A DNA stretch of 64,000 nt, from assembly GCF_009914755.1 (NCBI RefSeq), contig NC_060927.1. One strand, written 5' to 3'. Below the pieces are notes generated by a model. The model was not told the DNA's origin, ran no database searches, and saw nothing but the letters and a program-made list of their open reading frames with translations. This document shows, one piece after another, positions 12,001 through 27,939 of this stretch. The DNA is from the human T2T-CHM13v2.0 reference genome, Homo sapiens. Position 1 is the first letter of the stretch. Every line of letters begins with the position of its first letter. Both the position numbers and the translations under genes were made by a program.

Positions 12001-13519
12001 CCTGGGTACTACATTTACAGTTAACACTCTTTTCCTGACAGTGCCTTAGCTTAGTTACAGATGTCAGTAAGTGATGTAACTGTATATGCTCTACTACTAC
12101 AAATAATATCCTACTTTATAATATATGAACTCAGAAATCCATATTGATTAACTATCCTGTCAACATCATAGAAATTGAAGGCAATACAATAACCATGGAC
12201 AGTGAAATTTAAAAACAAGAAAATTGGAGAGAGGACTTTAAAAATTGGAGTTTCTCCTGCAAATTCATCTCCATTACACCTACCCTTTGTGGTACCTGTT
12301 CAGCTTTAAAATATTAAAATTCTCACTTGTATTCACCTGTATACAAGCTATTTAAACTCTGGCTCTTGTGGTAAGTGTTTACAGGATCAGATTTTTAGAG
12401 ACTCACTTGTTTTGGATTTATATATACAAATGGAGGAGTACAACAACAGAAATTCATATGGAGACAAACAGGATTCTCCAGTGAATGACCCCAGGTCCCT
12501 TCTCTGAGATCCTTGGCAACAAGCTCTTTGGGATGTTCGCTACCCTACCTTAACTGGAGGGGCCATGGCCACATTCAACTTCTCGTGGGACTGCAGCCCC
12601 TCAAGCATCCATCTTGCTTTAATGGGTCTCCCTGCTGCAGAATACTTTGGCCCAGGTTTCCTGGTGCTTTGCTGCTGGTGTCTCCTAGCGCTGACTTACA
12701 CTTATGCCACCTAAGCTGAGGCTGCTTGGAGTTCAAACAATTTTGTCTCTGGCCCTGTGAGAAAAGGGAAAGCAACAAAGAGTAGGTCCTTCTGCTTTTG
12801 CACAGCCACCTGACTCACCCCCCTGCTCTCCAGCCCAACCACCCATCTACTCCGAAGGATGCTGAGGGACCAGAAAGCCCAGGCTAACTATCTGCCTTCT
12901 GCCCACAGAGCCAACTGGCACCAGGTGACTCTCCTGGTGTTTGTTCCAAGTCATTTCACAAGACAATGAAGAACAAAATTTCATGATTAAAACCTCAGCT
13001 GAATTTACAATAAGTTACATTAAGAAACCAGACAAAGTTCAAAATCAATTAGTAGGGAAGGCAAGAACATCTAAATGAAGCTGAACCTCCATCTATTGTT
13101 CTAATATATACCCTGTGTAGGAAGGAGTGATACAACAAGAAAGGATAAATCACAATGAAGATCCTTCAATTGGACTCCTGCAAACAATGTGAGTGTGAAA
13201 TGTCTTCACAGTTGCTTTTCCAATGTAAGGAGTGCACTGAATCATTTTTGGGAATTCGGACTGAGCCCAGATTTGTCTTTGACCCTCCAACAGGAAAAAA
13301 CTTACAGCCAAAATGGTGTTGTGCATGGTTGCCACCAATGGTGAAGGACAAATGACCACATCTGCCACGGTGTTTTCCCTATATTATAATGCCCCCAAAC
13401 TAAATGGAAGGCACTTAGTGTGGGTTTTTTTTTTTTTCCTCTTTAAATACTTTCCTCCACAAGTAGCTGGCTGTCCTAAACAAAATACAGTAACCAGTCA
13501 GGATAAGTAAAAAGACTAG

Positions 13520-14230
13520 AAGGGACAATACATTCAACGCCTACCTACCAAGCACGTGGTCTTTGCCAGGCACTATGGATAGGACAATACCAAAGGTGTC
13601 TTGCCTACTCCGGAGCAGCTCAGAGTGTGATGGAGGAGGTGGGGAAGGGAAAGATTGTCATCCATAAATAGAAAGTAAAGACAGCAAAGATTTATAAAGG
13701 GCCTTTTCCTTAGCAGTTGCTAGGTGCTTAAATATATATTACATCAGGTTTAATTCTCACAACAAGCCTGCAGGCAAGTCATAGGATACCCATTTCACAG
13801 ATAAAAAAAATTAGAGCCTAGAAAAGCAAAGTTTACATCTGGAAAATAAAGTTTAACCAACTGTGGTAAACACTGTAACAGAAGTATAACAGAGGTATAC
13901 ATAAATAGCTAGACAGACTTCCCCCAGGGGAGTCTGAAAAACTTTCAAGATGGAGTAGGAGATGGTAGTGCCTTGGTGAGAAGACATAGATTAGGTGGTA
14001 AAGCAGGACCTGCATTCGGGGAAGAGGGAATAGCATGTGCAAAGCCATGGAGTTATGAGAGGACATGGTGCATTTTAGGAATAATAAAAAATTCAATGAC
14101 ACTTTTTAGGCAGCAGATGGGGAAATAAGCTGCGGCTAGATTGTAGGGGGCACATGTGCACAGCTGGAGAAATGAGAGGTTCTCCAACAGTGGGGATGCT
14201 AAAGATTTGTAATCAGGAGTGTGACAAGCT
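13520..14230 (-). mobile_element. L2 and MIR fragments
   Basis: GAGGGAATAGCATGTGCAAAG (antisense L2) and CCCATTTCACAGATAA (antisense MIR). Confidence 0.6.
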
Positions 14231-14825
14231 GAAGCAAGCCATCAGCGTACCTTGTGGCTTATGCAGGGCTTATGTAGCAGAATTGTCAACTATGGGAGAA
14301 AATATCAACCATCTAGGAGTGAAGGAAGATGCTTTTCTGAATTTGAAATTAACCTCCACATGATACTATCATTGAACATCTGTAATGTGCTGGGCTTTGG
14401 TGCATATGTAGAGACCTTTTTTCTCCTGATGTTGTGATCTTGTAACCCCCTAAAGAGATTGTACTACAGCTAGATAGCAGAGGTTTCACTTTTTGAAATC
14501 CTCCACTTTGAGGATATAAGAAATGGTTGGAGATATGAGATGAAGGGGTTCAGATGTTTGGGCTGCTATCTTATCTCTGCAGGTGTATCACATCTGACAC
14601 AGTCCCCTGCATAAGATGGTATTTGACAAAATGACTATTACTAGGCCAACCTACACCAATTTAGACCTTTCATGGAATAGTCTATGTAAATTAATAAAAA
14701 CACCAAATTTTGAAGACAGCACCACTGTACTCTCAAAATCAGATTTTTCTCAAAGTGAGTGCCATCGGATACTAGCCCTAGAGATTCTCTGCAAAATGAT
14801 GATGAAGCCAATGATGAGAAGGAAC

Positions 14826-15622
14826 ATAAGGATTGCTTCAATTATTGCTATGTAATAAATTATGCCCAAACTTAGTATCTTTAAATATCAACTTATTTAT
14901 CATATCTCACAATCGTGGAGGTCTGTTCAGGCAGGACCAGTTGGGTGATACCTTTTGGCATCTGCACTGGTCTTTAAGGTCTAGGCTAGTTTCACTAATA
15001 CAGGTGGTACATTGACGGGAATGGCTGGAAGGCTGGGTTGGTCCAGGCTATTCTCCCTCTCCAATAGCCTTAAAAAACTATTGTGTATAATTGAAGTTTG
15101 TAACATAATGTTATGTATATATACACACATATAGTAAAATGGTTACTAGAGTGAAACAGATTAACACATTTATCATCTTACATAGTTACTTATTTTTTGC
15201 AACAAGAATATTTTTTAGAAAGCTCAAATTCACAGAGAATGAAATGGTGGTTACTATAGGTAGAGGGCAGGGAGAGGAAATGGGGAGATATAGGTTAAAA
15301 GATATAAAATAGCAGATATGTAGCAGAGTTAATCAAATTGTATTGTACCAGGGCTTTCTGTTGCCTAAGTAGATTTTAGCTGCTCTTGGCCAAGTGACAT
15401 TTTCACATGGTGACTAAGAATGACAACAAACCAAGGTGAAAACTGTAGTTTCTTTATGGCTACATCCAAAACTGCCACAGTGTCACTCTTCTACTTTGTC
15501 AAAGAACATACAGGCCAGCCCAGATTGAAGGGGTGAGAGGATAGCCACCACCTGTTGATGGAAGATTCACATGCATGTTTAAGAGAGGGTGGATGGATGG
15601 CCATTTTAGAGTCTAACTAGCA
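14826..15622 (-). mobile_element. Old MLT1-type LTR interrupted by an L1MA insertion
   Basis: TGCTATGTAATAAATTATGCCCAAACTTAGT at the left end; GGCCAGCCCAGATTGAAGGGG in the right part. Confidence 0.6.
15071..15390 (-). mobile_element. Short L1MA (about L1MA8-10) 3'-end insertion with 5' inversion
   Basis: 15071-15207 is the antisense L1MA 3' terminus. 15217-15390 is the immediately upstream consensus segment in sense orientation. Confidence 0.7.
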
Positions 15623-15659
15623 TGATGGGGGCAACGGTGATGATATTGTCATTCCAGGA

Positions 15660-15862
15660 TAGAGTTCAGTTTGACACACTTTTTCAATGAAAGGCCACAC
15701 AGTACATATGCTAGGTTTTATTGACCATATACAGTCTGTTGTATATTGTTTGTTTAACTAAACTGATTAGATAATAAAGTTATTTTGTTCAGCTCACAGA
15801 CTAAACAAAAACAGGCATCAGACTGGATTTGGCCCACACACTACAGTTTGCCAATCCCCATC
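15660..15862. mobile_element. MER58-type hAT MITE
   Basis: AAAGGCCACACAGTA...GGATTTGGCCCAC...GTTTGCCAATCCC. Confidence 0.7.
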
Positions 15863-16394
15863 CTAGGGATTTTTATGGTCTAGTAAACTTGTGAGGCCAT
15901 ACATTTTCTTCCTAGAGCATCATAGCACACGTTAACGTAGGAAAGGCTCTTAAAGATACTAAGAAATGTGTTTAGTACCATATCCTAACAAGTTATCTTA
16001 ATTTTTTCCCACCTAAAGTCTATTTTAACCAGCCTTTGAGAAAACATGTCTTTGCAGCATACGAAATTAGACTGTGACAACCAAGAAATAGACTTAGGAG
16101 CTAGTTAATGATTTTACTTCATTAACAGATTTTAAAATGGACCTCTATAAAATGCTAGCTAGATAAAGACAACATGTTATCTAAAGTATCTCAAAATATT
16201 TTGTACTTCTCAGTAGGTTAAACCCCCCTCTAGAGTGATATTTTAAGCCTATATGCATTTTAAGAATGCCTGCTGTCCTAATTATAAAACTGTATTCCAG
16301 CATATGCTCCTGATCTCACAGATTGGAAAAGAAATTCAAATAAAATAGCCACGGGTAGCATATTAGCATAGCACATCATCATCAAAGGAGGGCA

Positions 16395-17310
16395 GGGCTT
16401 GGAGGTAGGGCCTCCAGATGACGGTCAAAATGTTATCACTTGCTGGCTGGGGAATTAAGTGACTGAGTTTCTCCCGCCCTCAGTTCCTTCTATTTTGAAA
16501 ATGTGGACTCATTTACTTCCTATACTGCTGTGAGGACTGGAGTAAATGACATTGCACATGGGGAAACATTTCACAAACTGCAAAGTCCTATGTAAAGGTA
16601 AACAATCAGCATTCTACAGAAACAGAATCGTCAGTAAGACGGGTCTCTTATGTGAGGTAGTTTCTACCTTAATATATTTTATTTCCATTATGGGTAGTCA
16701 GAAGTAGGTAGGATTGGGTGGTGTATTGAGTCAGACTGCCTAGGTCGGAATCCTGTCTTACTGTCTGGGTGAACTTGGACAAGGTTCTTTAGCCCATCTG
16801 AGCCTTGACTGTCTCATATGTAAAAGAACAAGAATCCTGCCTACCTCATGGGATTGTGAAAAGGATCAAGTAGGTAGAAATATAAAGCACTTCAGCCCCC
16901 AGTCTATTAGAGGGTAAGCAGACAGCAAATGTAATTATTATCACTATTAAAATTAATCATGATTAATGGCCCCACTATAGGAATGTGATCATCAACTTTA
17001 GATTCTAAGATTGATTTTCCAATTCTGACCAAATTATTCTCCAGGAATAAGACTGATAAGGAATGTCAATAAAAATAATATCACCAGTTAATACTTACAT
17101 AGTATTTACTATATTCCTAGTCTCTAGTTCAGGAGATTTACATATATTAGATTATTTTTATAATATTCGTATAAGGTAGGTACTCTTACCCCACTGGAGC
17201 ACAGAAATGCTAAGTCATTTGCCTGAGGTCAGAGAGTAAGCAGTGGAATGCCTATGTCAACTCTGGAAATCAGCTTCCAAAGTAAAGTGCAGGTCCTCAA
17301 CCATTATACT
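16395..17310. mobile_element. Three MIR copies (~16400-16600 +, ~16710-16940 +, ~17080-17310 -)
   Basis: MIR core and tail motifs such as CTTGGACAAG...CTGAGCC...CTCATATGTAAAA and AAGTCATTTGCCTGAGGTCA. Confidence 0.65.
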
Positions 17311-17736
17311 ATCTCAGGTCTGGAAGAAGAAAGATTGGGAAGAGAAGGCGAGAGAGTCATGTATCCCAGAGAAGAGACACACTGTCAGACATGTGTAGCC
17401 AGCAGAAAAGGGCTTAATCAGACCAGTATTTAATGTACTTGCCAAGGATAAGCCATGCCATGAGATTTTCTGCTCAATGCACAGAAAACAAATAATATAA
17501 TATTTGGACATAGTATCACTGACAATGAGTTTCTTGGAACACATAAAGCTCTGGATTTAACATCTTTTAAACATTTTCTCAACCTCTGAAAAATCAACAG
17601 AAGCCAATGCAGCAGAATTTGGGATTAAAACAAAATACGGCAGGACCCACTTGGGATACTAGGTAAGCACATATGTTTCAGTTAAGACTTTGTGCATTGA
17701 GGGTAGCCTACTTCGTTTCCCAAAGTGGCATTTCTT

Positions 17737-17960
17737 TTATATAGGTATTTTATATATATATATATATATATCATATATCATATATCATATATACACACAC
17801 ATACACATTCTTTGAGACAGGATCTCACCCTGTCTCCCAGACTGGAGTGCAGTGGCGCGATCAAAGCTCACCGCAGCCTTAAACTCCTGGACTCAAGTAA
17901 TCTTCCCGCCTCAACCTCCTAAGTAGCTCGGACTACAGGTGTGCACCACCACACCTGGCT
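17737..17960 (-). mobile_element. Free right Alu monomer (FRAM or AluJ right arm) with tail converted to (TA)/(CA) microsatellite
   Basis: Single right-arm monomer at 17811-17960. 17-bp TSD CCAAA[G/C]TGGCATTTCTT (17720-17736 / 17962-17978). Confidence 0.85.
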
Positions 17961-18342
17961 TCCAAACTGGCATTTCTTAGCAACCCAATATGCATACTAG
18001 ATGAAAACCTCCCATTAGCTCCCATTATAGACCCCACATGAGTAAATTCAATGTAAGCCACATGAATACAGAATTAGGAAGCTGAATCTGCCAGGGATGC
18101 CTAAATGAAAGCATTTATTGATTCAATAAGTATTTTCTGAGTGTCTGCTATCAGCCAGACACTGTTTTAGGCACTGGAAGTTTATCAGCAAACAAGCTAG
18201 AGACTATCCTTAATACCTTTATATCCTTATAGAGCAAGTCAGGAAAAAAAAACAAAATAATCTCAAATAATGAAAAGGAAGTAGAGAACTATATATATAT
18301 GTGGTGATGCAATGAGGTGAGGCCTTTTGAAAAGATAGTTGT

Positions 18343-18640
<298 letters not shown>

Positions 18641-18879
18641 GTGTGTATATCTATACATAGATATAAATACACACTTGTGTATGCATGCAGATGCATGTGT
18701 GAGTAATGTGTATGTGCAAATACATAACACATGATACATATGAATGGAACATTTTGTGAGCTGAATATACCTGTGTGCTTTTCTTACTTTCCCTCTTTCA
18801 ACATAGGAACATGCACACAGCAATAGAAACTTATGTCTTGCTATATTCCATTCTCACAACTTAGTATGTATAAGAACTA

Positions 18880-19030
18880 CCTTTACAGCATTTAAAAAAT
18901 ATAGCTCCCCAGGCCCCCTTCCTAGAAATTCTAATTTAGTAAATCTGGAGTAGAGCCCAGGAATCTGCAATTTAACCAGGGCTCCTAGTAATTTAGAAGC
19001 AGCTGCTCTCCAACAAATTAAGAAACAATG
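18880..19030. mobile_element. MER5-type hAT MITE fragment
   Basis: AGAAATTCTAATTTAGTAAATCTGGAGTAGAGCCCAGGAATCTGCA. Confidence 0.65.
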
Positions 19031-19336
19031 TTTTAACTTTCCTGGGGTTTTGGATTATTCACTTCTTCCCCCCCACCCAATAACTACCGTCTGACTGTGT
19101 CTACTTTACATTCCCAATCTATACTATGTAGTCCTTTTTCCTAAAGATGGTCAAGTGAATGTGGACCGGGTGATAAGAAAAAATAGAAATGGATGCACAG
19201 AGGGGGAAATAAAAACTTCACGACAATATGTTAAATTCCCCAGCTGCTTATTCAAGTAAGAAACTGTTAACTTGCCTGCTGCCAACAGGACCATAATCCA
19301 GGGCGCAGGACTTCAAATATGTCATTGCTAAAAGCA

Positions 19337-19632
19337 TTTTTTTTTTTTTTTGAGACAGAGTCTCGCTCTGTCACCCAGGCTGGAGTGCAGTGGCACAATC
19401 TTGGCTCACTGCAACCTCCGCCTCCGGGGTTCAAGTGATCCTCCTGCCTCAGCCTCTTGAGTAGCTGGGATTACAGGTGCACACCACAACACCTGGCTAA
19501 TTTTTTGTATTTTTAGTAGAGACAGGGTTTCATTATGTTGGCCAGACTGGTATCGAACTCCTGACCTCGTGATCTGCCCACCTCAGACTCCCAAAGTGCT
19601 GGGATTACAGGCATGAGCCACCACGCCCAGCC
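19337..19632 (-). mobile_element. Alu, AluSg-like
   Basis: Full antisense dimer with GACCTCGTGATC diagnostic; degenerate TSD TAAAA(G)CAT. Confidence 0.93.
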
Positions 19633-19677
19633 TAAAACATCCTTTATAGTGTTTCTCAGCACTGGCCTCACATAGAA

Positions 19678-19687
19678 ATATATATAT

Positions 19688-19745
<58 letters not shown>

Positions 19746-19746
19746 G
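19678..19746. repeat. (TA)n microsatellite
   Basis: Read directly. Confidence 0.95.
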
Positions 19747-20405
19747 TAAAGCATTCCTATATGATGGTGAAGTAATATAAAGATGGAAATTCCCTGAATT
19801 AAAAGACCGAGCTAGAAAGTTTAAAAGCAACACAGAACACCTGCTTGAATGAGGTAATTAGCACCAGTTGCATGCAAGCATCCAGCTACTGAGGCGACTC
19901 AGGCCTCAGGGCTCAAATTCCCTCTTGGCAATCAGTTATTTCCTTGGGCACCAGTCAAGGCTCAGGTGCCCTGCGCAAAGCCTATGATAATAAAATCCAC
20001 TTAGTTGGTAGTATGATAATTTCATTAACTTAACAACCACCATAAAACATAATTTACTTTTAAAAGTAAATATGCCAATGTGATGTGATTATCCTGCAGA
20101 GGCCAATTCTTGTTATTTGGTTTTAAAATGTCACTTTATTTTGTTCAAAGGAGAAAAAAATGTCACCACATTATAAGCCATTATATTACTACAATAAGAT
20201 ATGGTTCATACAATTAGCCAAATTCATCAGGGATTGTGTAGAAATACAGGAAACAAATTTTGGAGGCTGATGAACTTTAATTTGGATCCCATCTCCTTGA
20301 TGTTTGTAATCTGGGGGCAAGTTTCTCTTTGCTTCTCTATGTCCTCGTTAGTAAAATGGCATAGTAATGCTGACTCCACAGGCTGATGTCAGAAATGACT
20401 CAGAG

Positions 20406-20607
20406 CAGGAGTCAGGTCATTTTTTCCATAAACAGCCAGGCAGTAGATATTTCAGGCTTTGTGGGCCAGTCTCCACTGCAACTACACAACTCTGCCATGG
20501 TAGCACAAAATCAGCAAAGGACAATGCACAAACACACGAACGTGGCCATGTGCCATTTGAAGATTCATTTACTGAAATGGGACACAGACATTGTTTTCCG
20601 GCCCCTG
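20406..20607. mobile_element. MER58A nested in a MIR (~20230-20680)
   Basis: CAGGAGTC...GGCCCCTG termini; MIR sequence continues on both sides. Confidence 0.75.
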
Positions 20608-20822
20608 ACCTACAGAATACATATTAAGCACTTAACATAATCTAGCAAACTGTAAACTCAGTAAACGGTAACTACCACTGCTATTGCGCCCCATAAGAAT
20701 GCTAATAGTGGCGACAGTGATCACACCACCGTTGTTGTTCCACCATCATCGTCAAAGCTGGGAACCAGGGATGTGAAATCCTGTTGTACTTCTGACCTTT
20801 ACTGTGATCTTTGGTCAAGTTA

Positions 20823-21237
20823 TGATGTTGTCTAGATATTTGCCCCACCGAACCTCATGTTGAAATGTGATTCCCCAATGTTAAAGGTGGGACCTGGTGG
20901 GAAGTATTAAGGTCATGGCGGGTGGATCCTTCATAAATAGCTTGGTGCACTCCCCGTGGTAACGAGTGAGTTCTTGCTCTGTGGGTTCAGGTGACAGCTG
21001 GTTGTTTAAAGCAGCCCGGCACCTTCCACTCTCCTTTTTCCTTCCATTCTCACCATGTGACATGTCTGCTGTTCTCCAGCCTTCTGCTGTGACTGTATGC
21101 TTCCTGAGACCTCATCAGAAGCACATGCCAGCATCATGCTTCCTGGGTAGCCTGCAGAACCCTGAGCCAAGTAAACCACTTTTCTTTATAAATTATCCAG
21201 TCAGGTAATTTATAGCAATGCAAAACAAACTAACACA
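20823..21237 (+). mobile_element. MSTB-like MaLR solo LTR nested in a MIR
   Basis: AACCTCATGTTGAAATGTGATTCCCCAATG...ACTAACACA. Perfect TSD AGTTA (20818-20822 / 21238-21242). The rejoined flanks give MIR-like CAAGTTACTTT..CTCTCTG. Confidence 0.88.
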
Positions 21238-21842
21238 AGTTACTTTCCCTCTCTGGACATTATCTTTAAAAAGATGATGTCACCAGAGCACCTTCAGCAA
21301 TCCTTCCTGGGCCATGAATATCTTCTATAATCAAGCAATCTATTAGAGATTCACTAAAATTTGCAGCACTTTCAAATTAACTTACTTTCCCTCTTTCTAT
21401 GAGCAATGGCAAATAATCTGTATGGTTAAGAGATATTTTTCAGACGTTAAGACTTTTTTTTTCAAGAGAATAAGCACCTGCCAAACTATTTTCAGGAACA
21501 AATTCCCTCAGTCCTCTGAAGTTATTTGGAGTTTGACTGTAGCTGTCAAAATGGATAGACTTCAACACACCCGAGGACTTGATTTTCATCATAGGTTTTG
21601 ACACGGACCTTAAAGCTGAGTAAAAACAAAGGCATCTTCTCAAAAAGATTAGGTGAGGTATAGTCCAAGAAAATTTAAAAGACACCCACCCACTACCACT
21701 AACAAGTAAAAGATGGAGTTAAAAACTGTTTAGCTACAACAAGGAAGAGAGCTTAAATTTCTTCCAAGCACAAACACTGATGCATTATTCCTAGGAAGTT
21801 TTTTTAACTAAAATTCTGAAAAAGAATACAATGTGTACAAGA

Positions 21843-22031
21843 CAGTGAGTCTCAAAGTCTGCGCCTCTGACTAGCCATATCAGTATCATTTTAATAAATT
21901 TCTAGAAATGCAGAATCTCAGGCTCTCACCCCAGGGCAACTGCATCAGAATGGAAGTGAGAAGCCCAGGCATCTGTGTTGTGATGAGCCCTCCAGGACAT
22001 CCTGAGGCATATTAAAGTTTGAGAAATGCTG
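21843..22031. mobile_element. MER5A
   Basis: TIRs CAGTGAGTCTCAAAG / TTTGAGAAATGCTG; internal AGAAATGCAGAATCTCAGGC. Confidence 0.8.
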
Positions 22032-22079
22032 ATTTAAGTGACCAAAGTGTCCCTGAACGTGGCCCCTGTGCAATCAGGC

Positions 22080-22520
22080 AGAGTTTTATTACCGACAGTT
22101 CTTTTCCTGTGCATCCTCCTCCTCCCTTCTTTTGGTAGTCATGGCAAAATTTCTTTTGGCTAACCATCCTTCCTCCACTACAAACGATTTAGGAGAGTTT
22201 ATCCATCAAAGCTCTGCCTTCATATGTAACCCAAGGCCTCTCTTCCTTTGGGAGTTTGAATTTTGAGCAGACACACAAGGGAACAAGAAGGCTGGGGTGG
22301 CTTCAACATCTGGATCCTAAATAGTATGTCTTTAATTCTTGCTTACTAATTCTTGAGAGCTTCCAGAATCCTGCCCTTTCCAAGCTGTAGTGATGATCCA
22401 GCTTTTCTGTCCATCATATGAGCTACCCAGTATCCTTCCATAATAAAGCCTTTCTGTTTCCTGAAAACTGCCAGTGTCAGTTGCTGCTCCTTAGAACCAA
22501 AGGATACTTACCAAAGATAT
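22080..22520 (+). mobile_element. Ancient ERVL/MaLR LTR (LTR16- or MLT1-late-like)
   Basis: 3' end pattern AATAAA...GCCAGTGTCAGTTGCTGCTCC..GAACCAAAGGATAC. Confidence 0.45.
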
Positions 22521-22849
22521 TTTAATTGGACGAAAGGACCAAGTACCTGAACAGTGAAGGCTGTTGCTAAGCTGTCCAATAAGACCAATCTGCAGGAGGA
22601 ACATCCATGCATTGACCAAAATAAACCCCACTGTGGCACAGAGGCCACAAGCAATTCTGAGCGACATGCACGGATGGAGGCCAAAGCAGCTGGTAGAGGG
22701 CTGAGCCCAGGAAAAGCACTGTGAGGAGGGCTCTTACGAGATCCCCCACTAGGCACTGGTGAGGGGATGGGGCTCCCCCAGTGGCATCACTAAGGTAAAC
22801 TGAGATGTATCTATGTTAGATGTTTCCATGTTAGTCATTTAAGACTCAT

Positions 22850-23580
22850 TTTAACTGCCCAGTGGGTTCACTTTGCCCACTGCCTAGACAGAGCTGATTT
22901 ATCAACACAGGGGAATTGCAAGGGAGAAACAGTAATTCACACAGAACCGGCTGTGCAGGAGACCGGAGTTTTATTATTACTCAAATCAGTCTCCTGAGTA
23001 TTTGGGCATCAGAGTTTTTAAAGACACATTGGTGGGTAGGGGCTTGGGAAGCAGAGAGTACTGACTGATCAGGCTGGAGATGGAATCATAGAGGGGGTCA
23101 AAGTGAGTTTTTCTTGCTATCTTCTGTTTCTGGGTGGGATGGCATAAATGATTGAGCCAGATTACTGGTCTGGGTGGTGTCAGCTGATCCATTGAGTGCA
23201 GGGTCTGCAAACTATCTCAAGCACTGATCTTAGGTTTTACAATAGTGATGTTATCTCTAGGAGAAATTTGGGAAGGTTCAGACACTTGGAGCCAGAGGCT
23301 CCATGACCCCTAAACTGTAATTTCTAATCTTGTAGCTAATTTGTTAGTCCTGCAAAGGCAGACACGTCCCCAGGCAAGAAGGGGGTCTTTTCAGGAAAGG
23401 ACTCTTACCAATTTTCTTTCAGAGTCAAACCATAAACTGATTTCCTTCCCAAAGTTAGTTCGGCCTATGTCCGGTAATAAACAAGGACAGTTTAAGGTTA
23501 GAAGCAAAATGGAGTTGGTTAGGTCTGATTTCTTTCACTGTCATAACTTTGTCAGTTATAATTTTGCAAAGGTGGTTTCA
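22850..23580 (-). mobile_element. LTR8-family solo LTR (LTR8A/LTR8B; ERV1)
   Basis: Reverse strand starts TGAAACCACCTTTGCAAAATTATAACTG and ends GAACCCACTGGGCAGTTA; ~730 bp. Confidence 0.88.
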
Positions 23581-23896
23581 ATATTATGTGGCCTGTTGCT
23601 GGATACCCAGTCCAAACTGAATGAAATGATGAAGGATGTTATTTGTTCACATAACCAAAACCATGAAGCCCAGAGGCTGGGCAGGATTCAGGTTGATCTG
23701 AGGTTTCTGATGGTTTAGGAATCATGGCTCCATCTCCCTAACATTCTTTTGGTGCTTTCCTCCCCACTTCTCAGTCTGGGCTCTCTCAGCAGCTCCTGGG
23801 GCTAAACCCTTTGATATGCACATACATGGGAAGAGAGAATGTTTCTCTACTCTCCTCAAACAGAACTTCACCCTGAAGCGTCAAGAGCTGACTCTA

Positions 23897-26790
<2,894 letters not shown>

Positions 26791-26947
26791 AGAGCTGACT
26801 CTAAATTAGTAACAATGGAAAGGTCACAGGATCAATCCCACCCAAGTAGGGAAAACACGAGTGAAGGCTGAGGGGCAGCCACTTGTTCCATGCACACAGG
26901 TTGAGGGACTTAGTCTGCATAAAATTTTAAATAAGATTGTATACAAG

Positions 26948-27171
26948 AAGGTTGTTCAACCCATGGCCCACAGGCCATATGCAGCCTGGGACAGCATTGA
27001 ATGTGGCCTAACACAAATTCGTAAACTTTCTTAAAACATTATGAGATTTCTTGACAGTTTTTTTTTTTTTTTTTTTTAGCTCATCAGCTATTGTTAATGT
27101 ATTTTATGTATGGCCCAAGACAATTCTTCTTCCAGCGTGGCCCAGGAAAGCCAAAAGATTGGACAACCCTA
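26948..27171 (-). mobile_element. MER30 hAT MITE
   Basis: GGCCCAGGAAAGCCAAAAGATTGGACA terminus and central poly(T). Confidence 0.88.
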
Positions 27172-27300
27172 ATATAGGCAAATAATCTGGTGGGCAGGAA
27201 TGAACAGATGAATATAGTACTGGGGTAACTGATGGCGGAGGTGATTGGTAATGTTGAAGACTCTCTAAGCCACATACTGGAGGGGACACCAATGAACTAG

Positions 27301-27521
27301 AGGAGAGGCTAGCAAACATCTTCCACAAAGGGCCAGATAGTAAATGTTTTAGGTTTTGTGGCTAATATGGTCTCTGTCACCTCTCTTCAACTTCTATTGT
27401 AGCATAAAAGTAGCCACACACAATATGTAAATGAGCAGGCACAGCTGTGTTCCAAGAACAATTTACCAAAAACACAGGGTGAGCTGGATTTGGCATATCG
27501 GCAGTCCTCTGTCAACCCCTG
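27301..27521. mobile_element. MER58A
   Basis: GCAAAC...AAAGGGCCAGATAGTAAATGTTTTAGG...CAACCCCTG. Confidence 0.82.
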
Positions 27522-27939
27522 AACTTGAACACCAAAACTTGTGATTTGCAGTAATGAGTAAGGGTGGGTAGCAGAAGCAGCGTAAGCCAGCCCCCTCCCC
27601 TGCCACTTCTAATGGGTATCCGGAGTTCTTCGGCCTTTGCCCTAATGTATTCATGGAAGACCTCCACTGCAAATGACCACCTCTGATTTTGTTTGCCTCA
27701 GCATCTGCCATCCTGCAACTGCTCAGAAGTCTGCTAGCAAAGCCTCATCTTTGTTAACCTTGGTGAATCGAGCCTCCTCTAGTTCATGTTGTGCTACACC
27801 AACACTGAATACAAGGAGCAAACACCGTGTTCAACCTGGGCGCTTCTTGTGCTTGGCCATTGCCCTGAGGACACCCTTTAGCCACCACCCCATGCCTCCT
27901 CTCTCTAGCTGTCATCCTGAATGGGCACTTCCATGTCTC

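Noticed and set aside
13150-13368. Overlapping short Cys-containing ORFs on both strands
   Set aside because: No recognisable domain or exon structure; lengths are as expected by chance.
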